DNA from: Octopus vulgaris
Lineage: Eukaryota
Assembly: GCA_951406725.2 (NCBI GenBank)
Contig: OX597816.1
Coordinates: 41,106,001-41,170,000, forward strand
Length of the DNA: 64,000 nt
Reading direction: 5' to 3'
Shown here in pieces: positions 28,286-41,639 of this stretch (within the stretch, counting starts at the first letter, position 1; each line of letters starts with the position of its first letter). The notes under the pieces were generated by a model. The model did not search any database. It was given only the letters and a program-made list of their open reading frames with translations, and was not told where the DNA came from. Made by a program: the position numbers and the translations under genes.

Positions 28286-30952
28286 CACTACAGGTAAATG
28301 TTGGGCGTAATTTCTCTTGAAATCAATCTTTCACTTGATTTGGACTAAAGCTGGCATTCTGATTTCAAGACTATGGTAGTTTTCTTCCACCAAGTGAAGA
28401 TTTTTGTTTCTATGTCTTACTCTTTGAATAAGTACGATTGTAGTGCTTTCCCGTAAGCAATAAGGCTGCTCAGTTAATTGTTTTTATTGTTTTATTGACA
28501 GCAATGCGAATATTTCAGATCTGGGGAATTTAAGTTGAGTTTTGAAAAGTATGGCATCCTATGGCCAGTTTCAACTCTCCTTTTGAAAAATAATTCGAAT
28601 TATTGACCAATGAGATGCCGCTGCTTGTCTTCTAGTTTCAGAATAGAGGCTGGAGACAGATTTGGTTCTAAGATGCATAAAATTGAATGAATGTGGAAAA
28701 GAGATGGTAAGTGTTTGAAGGGAGTGCGTTGGCAGTTTGAAACGTGGAGAAATTCTGTACTTGAGTCTGAGTCTGAGTTTCTATCCTATTCTTTTTTTGG
28801 AGTATTTGCGTGAATATATATGTGCGCGTATTTGTGTGAATTTGGGGTACATATCCATGCATATTTATATGGAATCGACATATATTTATCTGGAATAATG
28901 TTAAGAGGTCCCCTAAGGCCACTTTGTATAGGTGATTACTATCGTATTCTGCAAACAATATAGAAAAATTTATAAGGAGTTGGCAGACCTTAAGTAAGCA
29001 TATTTTGTCTAGGCTTGTGACTGTTGAACACATTTTTTTATTCACATATATATTTTCTTTCAGATTATGTCTGCCTTTGCTACTTCTCATCATAAGTGCC
29101 TAAGCAGTTCTGATAAAGTTTGCGATATCTGTATTAGTTTGACAGCACATTAGTGAACCAAGGCTATTTTGCACATTTCAAAATAAAAGTTAGTGGTTTA
29201 GACAAGTCTCGGGATTATCATACGGTATGCAAGTAGTGTGTCAAAAGACTATTGATGTGAACGAAGGAAACACGTAATAAGTTGGCATTTACCAAACCTA
29301 TGATTTGGCAAGAAGCAAATGATCATTGCACACACTGTTACCTATTAGTGAAATTTTGTCCAATTGAGGTACTTGTGAAATTTTTGTCCAAATGAAGTTT
29401 CGTGAAATCTTCAGGATATAACAAGAAAAACAAATGTGAAGTCGAGTATCCTAGTCTACCATCAGCTATACGTCCAGTGATTTATTCAGCTGAAATCTAG
29501 TTGCAATTTTCGTTCAGCTACCCTTTCTTGAAGATCTGGAGCGTGAGGAAGATTCAGTGACTGCAATGATGTACATTTTGAAACTGAATATGACTGAACG
29601 TTTTGGAAATAGACTTGAGTCTATCTAACGGTTTAGAACACCTTCCATCAGGAATAAATGAGACAAATTTTACTCGGGTGAGGAGCAAATGTATCCTAAT
29701 TTCGACCCAAAGAAAATGAATTTCTGCACTACTTTCGAAGTGACTGTAGGTTTGTGTGTTTTCATAACATGTAGGCTGTACCGGAGAAATTGGGAAATCT
29801 GATCCGAAACTCAAGAGAATTATGACTGTTCGTCGCTTGATTCAAGCAGAGCTTAAAATGCCTGCTCCACAACAGTTGTTTATATATCGCAGGCCTAATT
29901 GGGTACTTAGTTTGTATTCTTGGAGAATATGGAGACATGAAGAGAGTCAATAAGCTCCTTCAATATCACAATCACAATTAGATCATCTGTGTTAACCTTA
30001 AGATGTTATGCATCCGTCTTCGTCAGCAACGAGCGTCCTTGCTTTCTGCTTATGTGCGACAGTAGACTTCGAGTGAAGCATTGGGGAGAGGAGAATTGGC
30101 CTCCAGCATTTGATCTCAAACTAGTGATCGCAATATTCTACATGAGTCAAGGAAATTATATTTACCTCTGGACATGAAGCTGAATCTTATGAAGCATTTC
30201 GTTCAAGCATTACCAAGTACCTCATTTAGACAAAATTGAAGGTTTGTGTGTTTGATGGTTCACGAAATAATCAGGTCAATAAAGATAAACATTTCATAGG
30301 GACTAAATCAGATCTAAAACGAATGCTAGGTCGAGAACCTTTCTGAAAATACAGAAGCAAAGAATTACACCGAAATTGTCCAGAATTTAATGAAGAGGTA
30401 CACAAAATTCGGTTGCAACATGAGTGTAAAGTTGTATTTTCTAAACAGCCATCTTGTTAAATTCTATGAAAATTTTGGTGATGTCAGTGATGAGCAAAGT
30501 GGAAAAGTTTGAAGGTCATGGAGGAAGATATCAGAGTAGATGGAATTAAAATATGATGGCTGACTATTGTTGGAGCATAAAGCGAAATTTGCCACAGATT
30601 GAACACTCCAGGAAAATGTATAAACTAAAGTTTTACCAAAAACTACCTGCTCGCAATTTGAGTTACATTAACAATAGCGATTGTATGAACATAATAGATT
30701 TTTAAAAACATTACACTCAAGCATGTTTTAATATTTTCCATTGTATTTAAATTAATTAAAAAAACATTTTATAAAATAAACACAAATTTGTTAGATGCGG
30801 TATTTTAATGAATTTATGACAAATAGCGTCTATCCCGTAGGTACAAATTTTGATGTGATACAAAAAAACGGGCATCATTTTTTGATTCAGAGGCGAAACG
30901 TAGTCAAACACAAGCGTCAGACTTAACTCAAAGAAAATTGTGTTTCATAGTG
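28286..30952 (+). mobile_element. Decayed Chapaev3-like (CMC) DNA transposon
   Basis: CACTA..TAGTG ends, TAA on both sides (28283-85, 30953-55), degenerate TIRs. Transposase relics from ~29067: KCLSSSDKVCDIC, EYPSLPSAIRPV, LDMKLNLMKHFVQAL, GCNMSVKLYFLNSHL, GDVSDEQ, MMADYCWSIKR. Confidence 0.75.
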
Positions 30953-32229
30953 TAATCAGTAACAAGGACAAAACGTCTTTAATAATATTGTAATAATTCA
31001 TTTCAAATATAAAAATATATCTAATATTAAACATATATGGAATTCCGTATTTTTATTTATGAAACGAAACGATAGATTCAGGATTCCGATTCCGAGATAA
31101 TTTGAACAGATTTAAATGATGTGATTACTATTTATTCCGAAGTTGGTTTAATTATGTTGCCGTCCATGTTGTTGCACGATGCAGTGTTTTGTAGAGTTGT
31201 TGTTGTTTATGTTCTTGCTGCTGTTGATTGTTGTTTTTATCTTCTCGCTTCCTGGTATCCGATAATACAGTAATCAGATCACTAAAGTCGAAATTCAATT
31301 TATGTGTAAATCGTTTTAATTATATCAGCTCAATTCTCGACACATCACAAGATTTTCTGCCAATGATTAAATGCCTTGCGTCAAAACAGACACGTAGAAA
31401 AAGAAGAAACGGAAAAGTTAACAACAGTCAAGTTTAAGAGATAAAAATTAAATAATACATAAATAACAAAAGGCATATAACAACTCTAAAATACATTCTT
31501 GAATGGAGTAGAATGAAAAAGTTAAAAACAACCGATAAACATATAACGTTAAATCCGTTTATTTAATTTCCCATTGTAAAGATATCACAGTTGCAAGAAT
31601 AATATTAATGGATGCTGCTTCGACAGCATATAATAAATATTTATTGAAATCTGGTTATATCCCTGTCATACAACTGCATAGAGATTGTGGAAAATTTTAA
31701 ATCGTAATTACATTTCGCCTAATGACAGATTTATAGCTCTGAATAATGTTTATACCTGTGTGGTGTGATTTGCATTTACAATGATCTAGCTGAGATTTGA
31801 ATATGTGCAAAGGAAGACTTACAGCACTAAGTTATATTTATGTGTATATATGTATGTTTGTATATATGTGTATATGTATAAGTATGTATATGTATATATA
31901 TAGTTTGTGTGTGTATATGTAAGAATGTATATATATATGTATGCATTAATAGTTTGTCATTTGAGTTTGTATTAAAGTTTCATAGGCGTAAAAGAACACC
32001 TGATTTTTGAGATACCTTCGAATATATACATAGATATTTATATCGATATATACATATAACACACATACAGACATACACATAAGCACATGCACACACATTT
32101 ATCAAATACGAAATATATACGCATGTATGTATTCAATGAAGAGCAGATGGACTCGGTTTATCGATGCATGACTTACTGGAACTTATTAGAATACAGTCTT
32201 GGTTATGAATGATATTTATCGTTCATTTA

Positions 32230-32640
32230 TTAATTGCTTCAGTCATTGGATTGCGGTCATTCTGGGGCACCATCTTGAAGGGTTTTAGTCGAACGAACCA
32301 ACGCTAGTATTTATTTGAAGACCAGTACCTCACGAATGACTTTGATCGAAACGCTAGATTCGCGACCGACTTTATATTTCATCATTTAGATGTCGATAAA
32401 TGAGCATTGGGGGTCAATATAATGGAATTGCAGTGAGCTGGCGGAATCATTAGCACTAATAACAAAATGCTTAACGTCGTTTCGTCCGTCCTTACGTTCT
32501 GAGTTCAAATTCCGTCGACGTCGACGTTGCCTTTCATGATTGCGGGTCGATAAAATGAGCACCAGCTGTATACAGTGGCCGATGAAATCGACTTTACCTC
32601 TACCTCAAAATTTCAGGCCGTGTGCCTATAGTAAAATTAT
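32230..32640. mobile_element. Composite of SINE B 3' end (minus) and diverged SINE A copies (plus)
   Basis: TTCAGTCATTGGATTGCGG.. followed by GAGCTGGCGGAATC..GAGTTCAAATTCC core. Confidence 0.7.
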
Positions 32641-32869
32641 TATTAGGAGTTTTAAGGCAATTTAGAGAGCTTTTCATTTTAACATTAATGTCGGTGTATC
32701 GGAAATTAGTAGTAAATGTCCTTTAAGAATATACTAATCGCATAGGCGCAGGTTCGGCTATGTGGTAAGAAGGTTGCTACCCAACCACATGGTTCCAGGT
32801 TCTACTATAATGTCGGGACGACCAAATCCTTGTAAGTGAGCTTGTTTAGACGGAAACTGAAGGAATATC

Positions 32870-33022
<153 letters not shown>

Positions 33023-33026
33023 AAAT

Positions 33027-33195
33027 AATTATTCGGTAGCCAAGATAAAACTCTGAGTTTCGGATGCCGAGGTGGAAATCCACAACACCATCTCTTAGGT
33101 TATTTTTCAGATGGCCAGACAACCGAAGAGGTGGTGTTGCGGATTTCCACCTCGGCATCCGAAACTCAGAGTTTTATCTTGGCTACCGAATAATT
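33027..33195. repeat. Near-perfect foldback: 75-bp arms, 19-nt spacer
   Basis: Arms 33027-33101 and 33121-33195, three mismatches counted. Confidence 0.95.
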
Positions 33196-33301
33196 GTCAC
33201 ATATTATTTTACAGATAAATTTCCTCTATTTACATAATATTGAGTTCTCTTTCTTTCTTTTGTTATCTTACCATTTTTGCCAATATATATATCAGAAAGA
33301 A

Positions 33302-33618
33302 TAAAGGAGAATTTGCTGTTGAAAATGCATCTAAATTTGAAAACCTTGTAATTGTTTTTAAATAAAGCTATTTACACACATACCAAACTAGTTCCTACAA
33401 TTTTTTGTTTCTCAATGGTATAAACGTATGAGATTCTAAAAATTAAAAATTGCGAAGTAGAAAATATGTTTAATGTTCACAAATTTCAATGAAATTAAAA
33501 ATGATCGGCGAAACAAAAAAAATTGTTGAAACTAGTTTGGTATGTACATAAACTTATTTAAAAACAATTACATGCTTCTCAAATTCAGATGCATTTTCAA
33601 CAACAAATTATCCTATAT
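33302..33618. mobile_element. MITE with ~110-bp imperfect TIRs
   Basis: AGGAGAATTTGCTGTTGAAAATGCATCT..CATACCAAACTAGTT is mirrored by AACTAGTTTGGTATG..AGATGCATTTTCAACAACAAATTATCCT. Confidence 0.8.
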
Positions 33619-33972
33619 TTGTATGTTTGTGCGTGTGTGCGTGTGTCCGTGTATACATGTGTGTGTGCCTTTGTATCTGTGTTTCTACCCTACCACTACT
33701 TAACAATTGGTGTTGTTCAGTTTATGTATCCTTAACATAGGGGTTGCGCAAAGGAGACCTATAGAATAAGTACCAGGCTTGTGAAAATAAGTCCTGGGGT
33801 CGATTTGTTTGACTAAAACATTTCAAGGCAGTGACCCAGCATGGCAGGGGTCAAATGACTGGAACAATTATCACTAAAAAGATAATTATAATCAGTTTGT
33901 AGAATCCGTAGTCTTCTTTGGATGCTGCTATACAAAAATTAGGTTCATAAGCCTATATCTATAAAAGAGAGG

Positions 33973-34034
<62 letters not shown>

Positions 34035-34781
34035 GATTATGCACGTATGTTCCTTACGCATCCAAAACCGAGTTGCCGATTTTGACGTATGGGGTATGAA
34101 GAGATTCAGTACTATTTCGCTACCAACTAAACTTTATTTTCCTGGACATATTTCCATTACAAAAATTTTATCGTAAGCATTTTATATGACGACGACGACA
34201 ATGACGTCACATTCTTTAGCTGATGGTTGGCCGAGGTAGTGGGAAAGGGCTTTCACTATTTCTTTCAAAAAAATTAAATTCTCAAAAGCAAATTATATTT
34301 CCTACATTCGTAACCTGTGTATTTTGTCACGCGCATGAAAAACAAAATTCGAAAAACAGTTAAAAATTAGGAAATTTCCGCTCAGAGGGGGGAAATTATA
34401 ATTTTGAAAACATAATTTCTGGACAAAATCATATTGACTCTTTTTATTCATAGTTTTTGATCCTTCTTAAGAACATAAATCACCTTCATGCAAATTGTTC
34501 TCCCCCACCAACACTTTACTTCTAGACAAACGATAACTTCCATTGCGCCAGTAGTCCACCCTACTATATACCAGCTAATAGAATGCATTACGCTTATCAA
34601 GACAGAACATAGCCAAATCATTCACAGTTTACCACTTCTTCTCATAATAGCAGTATACATATCGAGGTATGTATTTTCTCACATATTTTCATCGTTACTA
34701 AAAAATCAAATTATACAATACACAACTTCAAATTGCTGTCTTCTATCTTGTATGTTCCTTAATCGTTCGCTCTTTTCAGCC

Positions 34782-35840
34782 ATGCCACCAAAACGAAGAC
34801 ATTCTCATTTATTTCCACAAACAAGGGCCGCAAAGAAAACCGCCTATATTCGTGCTCAAGAAAACTCACTTCAGCGATGCCCAAATGTGTAACTATCACC
34901 GACGGCGGAAGTTGTGCTGTAAACTACACTTATTGTCTGGGATTAATGCACGATGGCACACCCTGTTGCAATAGAAGCCCTAGATGGGTCACTAAGGGAT
35001 ATTAGAAACAATACTGTCGTTATGGAGCGGAGGCTTAACTGTTGTCCTCGCAGGGGGTTTCCGTCAAATATTACCAGTGATACCGCGGGGTACGCGAGCT
35101 GACGACATCTATGTGTGCCAGAAGTTTTCACCTCTGTGGAGGTTTGTTCGTCAGCTTTCATTAAGTGACAATATGCGAGCTCATCTCTACAACGACACCT
35201 TAGCTAAGGAATTCTTTCATCAGCTTCTACAAATTGGAAATGGCGCCTTACCGTTGAATAACACCCTGCAACAACAACTTGTACTGCAATGTGGACATAT
35301 GGTGTCTACATTGACCTAGCTTCAAGAAAAGGTATTTTCCTCATTGCAAGATAACTTCAAAAACAGCACACTTCGCAGAGAGAGTTATTTTTGTACCTCG
35401 GAACGAAAGCGTTGATAAAGTAAACCATGAACTCCTCCACATTTTACCTGGAGATGGTTCAACGTTTGTCTCTATTGATACTACCATCAACGAACATGCC
35501 ACTGTTGAATATCCAGTTGATTTTCTCAAACTTTCTACAACTAACAGGACTCCCACCGCATTAGTTGTTCGTAAAGAAAGGTGCACCTATCATGGTCTTG
35601 AGGAATTTCGACCCACCATGACTATGCAATGGTACAAGTTTGACTGTAACTACAATGACAAGTTATGTCCTACAAGCAACCATTATTGCCAGCTGTCATC
35701 GAGGAGAGATTGCATACATTCCACGCATGCCCCATATTCCCTCAAATGTGTCATTTCAATTCAAGCGCCTCCAGTTCCAAGTACAATTGTGCTACGCTAT
35801 GACAAATAACGAAGCCCAGGATCAAACGTCAAAAATTGTG
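34782..35840 (+). pseudogene. Helitron RepHel pseudogene: N-terminus fused to the helicase part
   Basis: MPPKRR.. then IVWD*CTMAH..EALDGSLRDI, FRQILPVIPRGTRAD, LSDNMRA, LLQIGNG, GAPIMVLRNFDPP*LCNGT, FKRLQFQVQLCYAMTNNEAQDQT. Confidence 0.85.
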
Positions 35841-36064
35841 CTTCTTAGTTTACAAATATCTACTATATATACACTACTATGATGCTCTCGAGTTGGCAGT
35901 GCAGATGACTTGTTTATCTATTCTATCAACGCTTGGCTCATGCAAAACACACTTTACCCAGGAGCATTGTCTGTTTCACTTAACATATGTTGAAGGGTAC
36001 AGTCTGCCTAAACATTAGAGATGATGCTTTTCCCAAAGAAGTAGCATTCTTTCCATGTACCTCA

Positions 36065-36481
36065 CTTTCTTATTTCTTTATTGCCAATAAGGGGCTAAAC
36101 AAAGAAGGAGCAAACAAGGACAGACAAACAAATTAAGTCGAATATATCGACCGCGGTGCTAATTAGTACTTATTTAATCGATCCCGAAAAGATGAAAGGC
36201 AAAGTCAAATTCGGCGGAATTTGAACTCAGAACGTAACCGCAGACGAAATACCTATTTCTTTACTACCCACAAGGGGCTAAACACAGAGAGGACAAACAA
36301 GGACTGACAAACGGATAAAGTCGATTATATCGACCCCAGTGCGTAACTGCTACTTATTTAATCGACCCCGAAAGGATGAAAGCTAAGTCGATTTCGGCGG
36401 AATTTGAACACAGAACGTAAACGCAGACGAAATACTGCTAAGCATTTCTCCCGGCATGCTAACGTTTCTGCCAGCTCGCCC
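36065..36481 (-). mobile_element. SINE family A, dimeric form
   Basis: Two reverse-complement cores; head ends CTGCCAGCTCGCC at 36480. Confidence 0.9.
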
Positions 36482-36919
36482 CCTTTTTTTTTTTTTATAC
36501 TAGCTTTCAGCATGGGGATCTTGCGGGCAGTATCTTACTTTCTGCAATACGGATACCTCTACGCCACACAATTCTTTAAATCGGTAAGTCTAAGTCATTT
36601 TGGAGGCAATGTTATCAATTCATTCTAGTCTAAGCTGCCATTCTACATCATTTTGGTGTCAGCATTTTCAGCAGCGTTCCCCACAAAATAACCGAGAAGC
36701 ATGTTTATCAAGAAGAGTTGTTTGCTTCACACTCCTCATGTCTCAATTCTGCACATAGATAAAAAACAAATAATACAATGTTGCTGTAGGTCATAACACC
36801 CGGGTAACGCCGGGATGCATTACTAATGATATATATACATATATAATTTCAATAATGCTAAAATGTTGATTTGTTTAGCTACATTTAATTTTGTCGCGAT
36901 TTTCTTCTTCTCTAATGAG

Positions 36920-37025
36920 TTAAGTTGTTACTTTATAAGTAGTTATGTTACTTTCTTTATAAGTAGTTATGTTACTTTCTTTATAAGTAGTTATGCTACT
37001 TGTTTCTTTATAAGTAGTTATGCTA
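36920..37025. repeat. ~24-bp minisatellite, about four copies
   Basis: TAAGTAGTTATG(T/C)TACTTTCTTTA repeated. Confidence 0.85.
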
Positions 37026-37524
37026 TCATAAAGAATTATTTGATGCGTGTGGAAATGATAATCCGTTTTATCTTCTTCTACGAAGATATGTGATAAATTT
37101 TCATATGAGCACCACAAAACTAGCATGCTGACGTCGTACAATATTTTTCGTCTTAAACCTCAGAGAATAATTAAAAATATACTTCATCTAGATTATTTTA
37201 CATAGCAATCAAGGACTAATATCTTTGTAGTTTATCATTTTATTGAACTCACTATATTTTAAAGATAATCCAGCTTGATCAGAAATATATATTCGGACAC
37301 ACATATATGTGTGCATGAATTTGTGTCTATATATTCTTGCATTTATGTATGTTTATGTGTATGGGTGTATTTGTGTAAATTAGTGCTTGCTTGTCTGAGT
37401 ATATATGCATGTATATAGCGAAAGTATTTGTTGATCTGTATGATGTTATTTAGCTAAGTATACGTATATATATTCAATATTTAATGTGACAATTTTCGAG
37501 ATAATTTGCTTGTGCTTATTTCGT

Positions 37525-37830
37525 AGGCGCATGCGCGGTTGTGTGATAAGAATATTGCTTCTCAATCACACGGATCCATATTCAGTCCCATTGCACGGCA
37601 ACCTGGACAAGTGCCTTCTGTTATAGCTCCATGTAGACCAAAGCCTTGTAAGTGGATTCATTAAAGAGAAACTGAAAGAAGCCCTTCGTATATACATATG
37701 TATATATCTATGTATGTATGGGTGTCATTGTGTATATGTTTCTTCCCCACCACCGTTTGACAACCGGTGCTGGTCGTATGTCTCCGTTGCATAGCAGTTC
37801 AGCAAAAGAGACCGAGATAGTACCAGGCTT
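37525..37830 (+). mobile_element. Diverged SINE family B, 3'-truncated
   Basis: AGGCGCATGCGCGGTTGTGTGATAAG..GACCAAAGCCTTGT..CAAAAGAGACCGA. Confidence 0.8.
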
Positions 37831-38426
37831 TACATAACTTGTAACGATTCCACCAGCCCGCCGCATTTTAACGCTACTAATAATAAACAAAAATGCAAAT
37901 TCAACCACATTGAGATAATAGATTTTTACCTATCAGTTAGTGTACAATTACCACATACGGTAGCATTTTTTTTTAATATAAAAGAATGCTAAAATCATTA
38001 AATAGGCTGCACAAAAATGCGTTAATATCGCGATACTTTGTCACATTTCCAATACGTTTTTCATCGTATTTTCTATATATTCAGTAAACGTACCTCAAAT
38101 TTTCCACTGTACCTGCTAGTTCCCATTCTATAGTCCACTAACTCGTTAAATGTAACAAAAACAGTTCAAAAGCGTAAACTAGATAACTCCGTGTGAAGGA
38201 AGTACCTTTCTCTAAATGGTAGGTTAGTTGATGAAGTTGCTATTTTTAGAAAATAGCATATTTTTTTCCAATTTATTAAAAAATGTTTGTAGCGAAATTT
38301 CCTATTACTACTGGATTCATTCTGTCTGTAGAAGTTATTGTTCAGCAAGGGTATGACTTCTTGATTATAGGCCTTTCAATATATAATCAATATTATATAA
38401 TTGATGTCACAGTATCTTTACTATCT

Positions 38427-39002
38427 AAGGCGGCGAGCTGGCAGAAACGCTAGCACGCTGGGCAAAATGCTTAGCGGTATTTCATCTGTCTTTACGTTCT
38501 AAGTTCAAATTCCGCCGAGGTCGACTTTGCCTTTCATCCTATCGGGGTCGATAAATTAAGTGCTAGTTACGCACTGGGGTCGATGTAATCGACTTAATCC
38601 GTTTGTCTGTCCTTGTTTGTCCTCTCTGTGTTTAGCCCCATTGTGGGTGTTAAACAAACGGGCATTTCGTCTGCCGCTGCGTTCTGAGTTCAAATTCCGC
38701 CAAGGTCGACTTTGCCTTTCATCCTTTCGGGGTCAATTAAATATGTACCAGTTGCGCACTGGGGTTGATATAATCGACTTAATCCGTTTGTCTGTTGTTT
38801 GTCCTCTCTACTACCTTGCGGGTAGTAAAGAAATAGGTATTTCGTCTGTCTTTACGTTCTGAGTTCTAATTCCGCCGGGGTCGACGTTGACTTTCATCAT
38901 TTAGGTGTCGATTAATTAAGTACCAGTTGCTTATTAGGGTCGACGTAATCGACTGGCCCCTCCCCCTCAAATTTCGGGCTTTATGCCTATAGTAAAAAAG
39001 GA
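38427..39002 (+). mobile_element. SINE family A, trimeric form
   Basis: Same head plus three-unit layout and tail as 19728-20312; imperfect TSD ATCTT(TA/AG)CTATCTA. Confidence 0.9.
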
Positions 39003-41639
39003 TCTTAGCTATCTATCATATTTTTCAAACTTATGTTAGGAAATGTTACCCATACATCATTGAAAATTTTGAGAGCCGTGGAATAAATGTAATACTAACA
39101 ATTTGATTCTTCACTTGTTACTTTATACTCCACGATTGGATTTTCACTTTATGGGAAATTAATAATACTTCTACAGAAGGAATTTTCCTTCCCCCACATT
39201 TCGATAACCGTTGTTCGTGGGAATGCTATCTGATGTAACCGAATAGATTACATGATCCACTCTCATTTAATCTCTCTCTTGAACTTATATATTAATCTTG
39301 GCAAGAGATCAAATTTTACATCTTATTCATTTACAGTTCTAAGTGTATATACATACATATACACCTTTATATATGCCTGTGTGTATACATGAGTTTTGTA
39401 ATATTCGGAGACGTCACCAGATTGATCGAAAGTATTACGGCGGAAGGAAGTATGCAAAACTATATTTGTAGAAAAAATAGAATATTCACCAATATATGCA
39501 TATTACTAAAATGATTTGACAAAAGGATAAAAGAAAGCTGTTAAAAATCATGTACTCATGTATGGATATTTCAGTCAACTTAATATAAGGTGTTGTAGTG
39601 TAAAAACTAGATTAAAAGTTAAATGAAAAGTAATGAGTGTAAGTGGAACTCTAAGTAATGCCAGCAAGGGTGTACTGAGAACGAGGTGTAAACAACAACA
39701 GTGAATAGAAAATACTTTAGAATAAGCAAATATACATGCATGAGGTTAGAATGAAACGTTGATCTTCTGTGTCCTCGTTGAAGGACCGTAACGAAAAGAT
39801 GTTAAATTAAGAGCACGCAGATAATCACGTATTGATTTTCTCCTTGTATTCATACTCTTAACAAGGATCTTTATATACGGAAAGAAGGAAAGGTAAATTT
39901 AGGGATTAAAAAAGAAAAATAAGTACTCATCCCAAAATTTATTGAAGTTAGAAAAGTTTCAATTTGACGTGCAATTTATCTAGCAAAGTAAAATATTAAT
40001 GAGAAAACAAACACCTTGTTCTCTTATGACTCTGATCGAAGAACCTTCCTAATGAAAAAAGAAAAATCCAGACAAATATCCAAAGTTTCAGGGATCATTT
40101 TGCTTGAGATTGCAGATGATCATACAGATGCTTTACACTAAATCTAAGCAGCTGTCACACTAAAAGAAGTATTCGTCTCGGAGGAAATTCTGTACACACT
40201 TGACGAATTAGTTATTCAGGAAAGATTAATAATAATAGTATGCTGAGAATGCTTAATTCCCGTGACTCTAGTGCCAATGAGCAACGCAAAATCCTGATGT
40301 CGTTATCCATATCAATTCTTAAGTTCTTTAGATAAAGTATCTTAGCAAATGTTTCTACTGCTTTCCTGATGGAGCTATCACCAGGTATACAAACGTGTTC
40401 AATCATCTGTCTATGATTCATAGAATTATGTGTGAAGAACCGTATTCCTTCGTTTATATAAATGAATGAGAAAATCTGTACACAAGAACCATAAAAGGAC
40501 TTTTGACATTTTTATTTATTATTATATGAAATAAGATATAACTAATTTCAAAATTAATATTGATTGGCTTATAATATTTTTCTTTTTCATTCTTGTTAGT
40601 GAAAAAATAAAAGTTTGTCACTTGTGTTCCTTTTGCCTATGAAAAAGCTATCAAAATACTGTAGCTATAACATGCATTATCTTACACCTGGGTGCTTAAA
40701 GTCGTATGGTCCCACCATATGTTCTATAGGATTGCATTTGCGAAGGACAATGCATCTACTTGTACAATATTTCGTTGAAATTATAACTTAAAAAAAGCTA
40801 TCCTGTTAAGAAAGTATTGGACCATATTTACAATTCTTTTGAATGCAATATATACAATATAACAATCCAGCAGCTTGATCACACAAATAATCACAATGAA
40901 ACATAGCAAATACATTTCGGTTCCACATTTAGATCACAGGGAATTCTTTATAATAATTTTGGACCCAACAACATATTTTCGATGCTTGGACTGCTATTCT
41001 ACGAAGTGTTGTGCTCTTGAAGAAAAGAAGGTTAAAATTGTTTCCTCAAAACAAAATGATCTTTGATTGTTGGAATATACAAATTGTCACAAACAGAGTT
41101 ATCGTCGAAATATTTGGTATAACTGTGGAGATAAAAAAGCGTTCTAATATGTGAACAATTGTGTTCTCATAGATAACGTTATTTTCTCCTTAAAGCAGAT
41201 CTGAAAGCAAATTGAATATAAATTTATTAAAACAATAACTGTTCTTAAAATTTTAAACTTTACATAAGTTTTCGTAAACCATTAATAACATGAAATAACA
41301 TGTAGTCCAAGAATTTTCTTTCACAAAATATATCTTTATCTGAATATATATTTCGTTGTATTTGGTTCGGTCTTAGATCAACATAATTTTCTATCAATGT
41401 TCTCGTTCAATAAACGCTTGAACTAATACTAACAGGTTTTCAATGCATGTGCTATCGCAGAATATATCTTGCATACGTGTCTGCGCCGTTTTTGTATGTA
41501 GGATTGCGCCTTTTGAAATACACATACATGGTAAAACTATGATTCAAAACAACACATAAGGGAAGTGACTGTAGATGATCTCAGATATAACTGTCTAAAC
41601 AACGTTATACAATTATGAATATGTGTGTGTATGCTTTTA

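Larger units (their letters stand above)
33952..36826 (+). mobile_element. Internally deleted Helitron with Pif1-like helicase relic
   Basis: 5' CTATATCTATAAAAG; 3' hairpin CCCGG-gtaacg-CCGGG then CTAA|T; coding relics inside; SINE inserted at 36065-36481. Confidence 0.8.

Noticed and set aside
40090-40420. Possible hAT transposase relic or exon
   Set aside because: Resemblance too weak and interrupted by stops.
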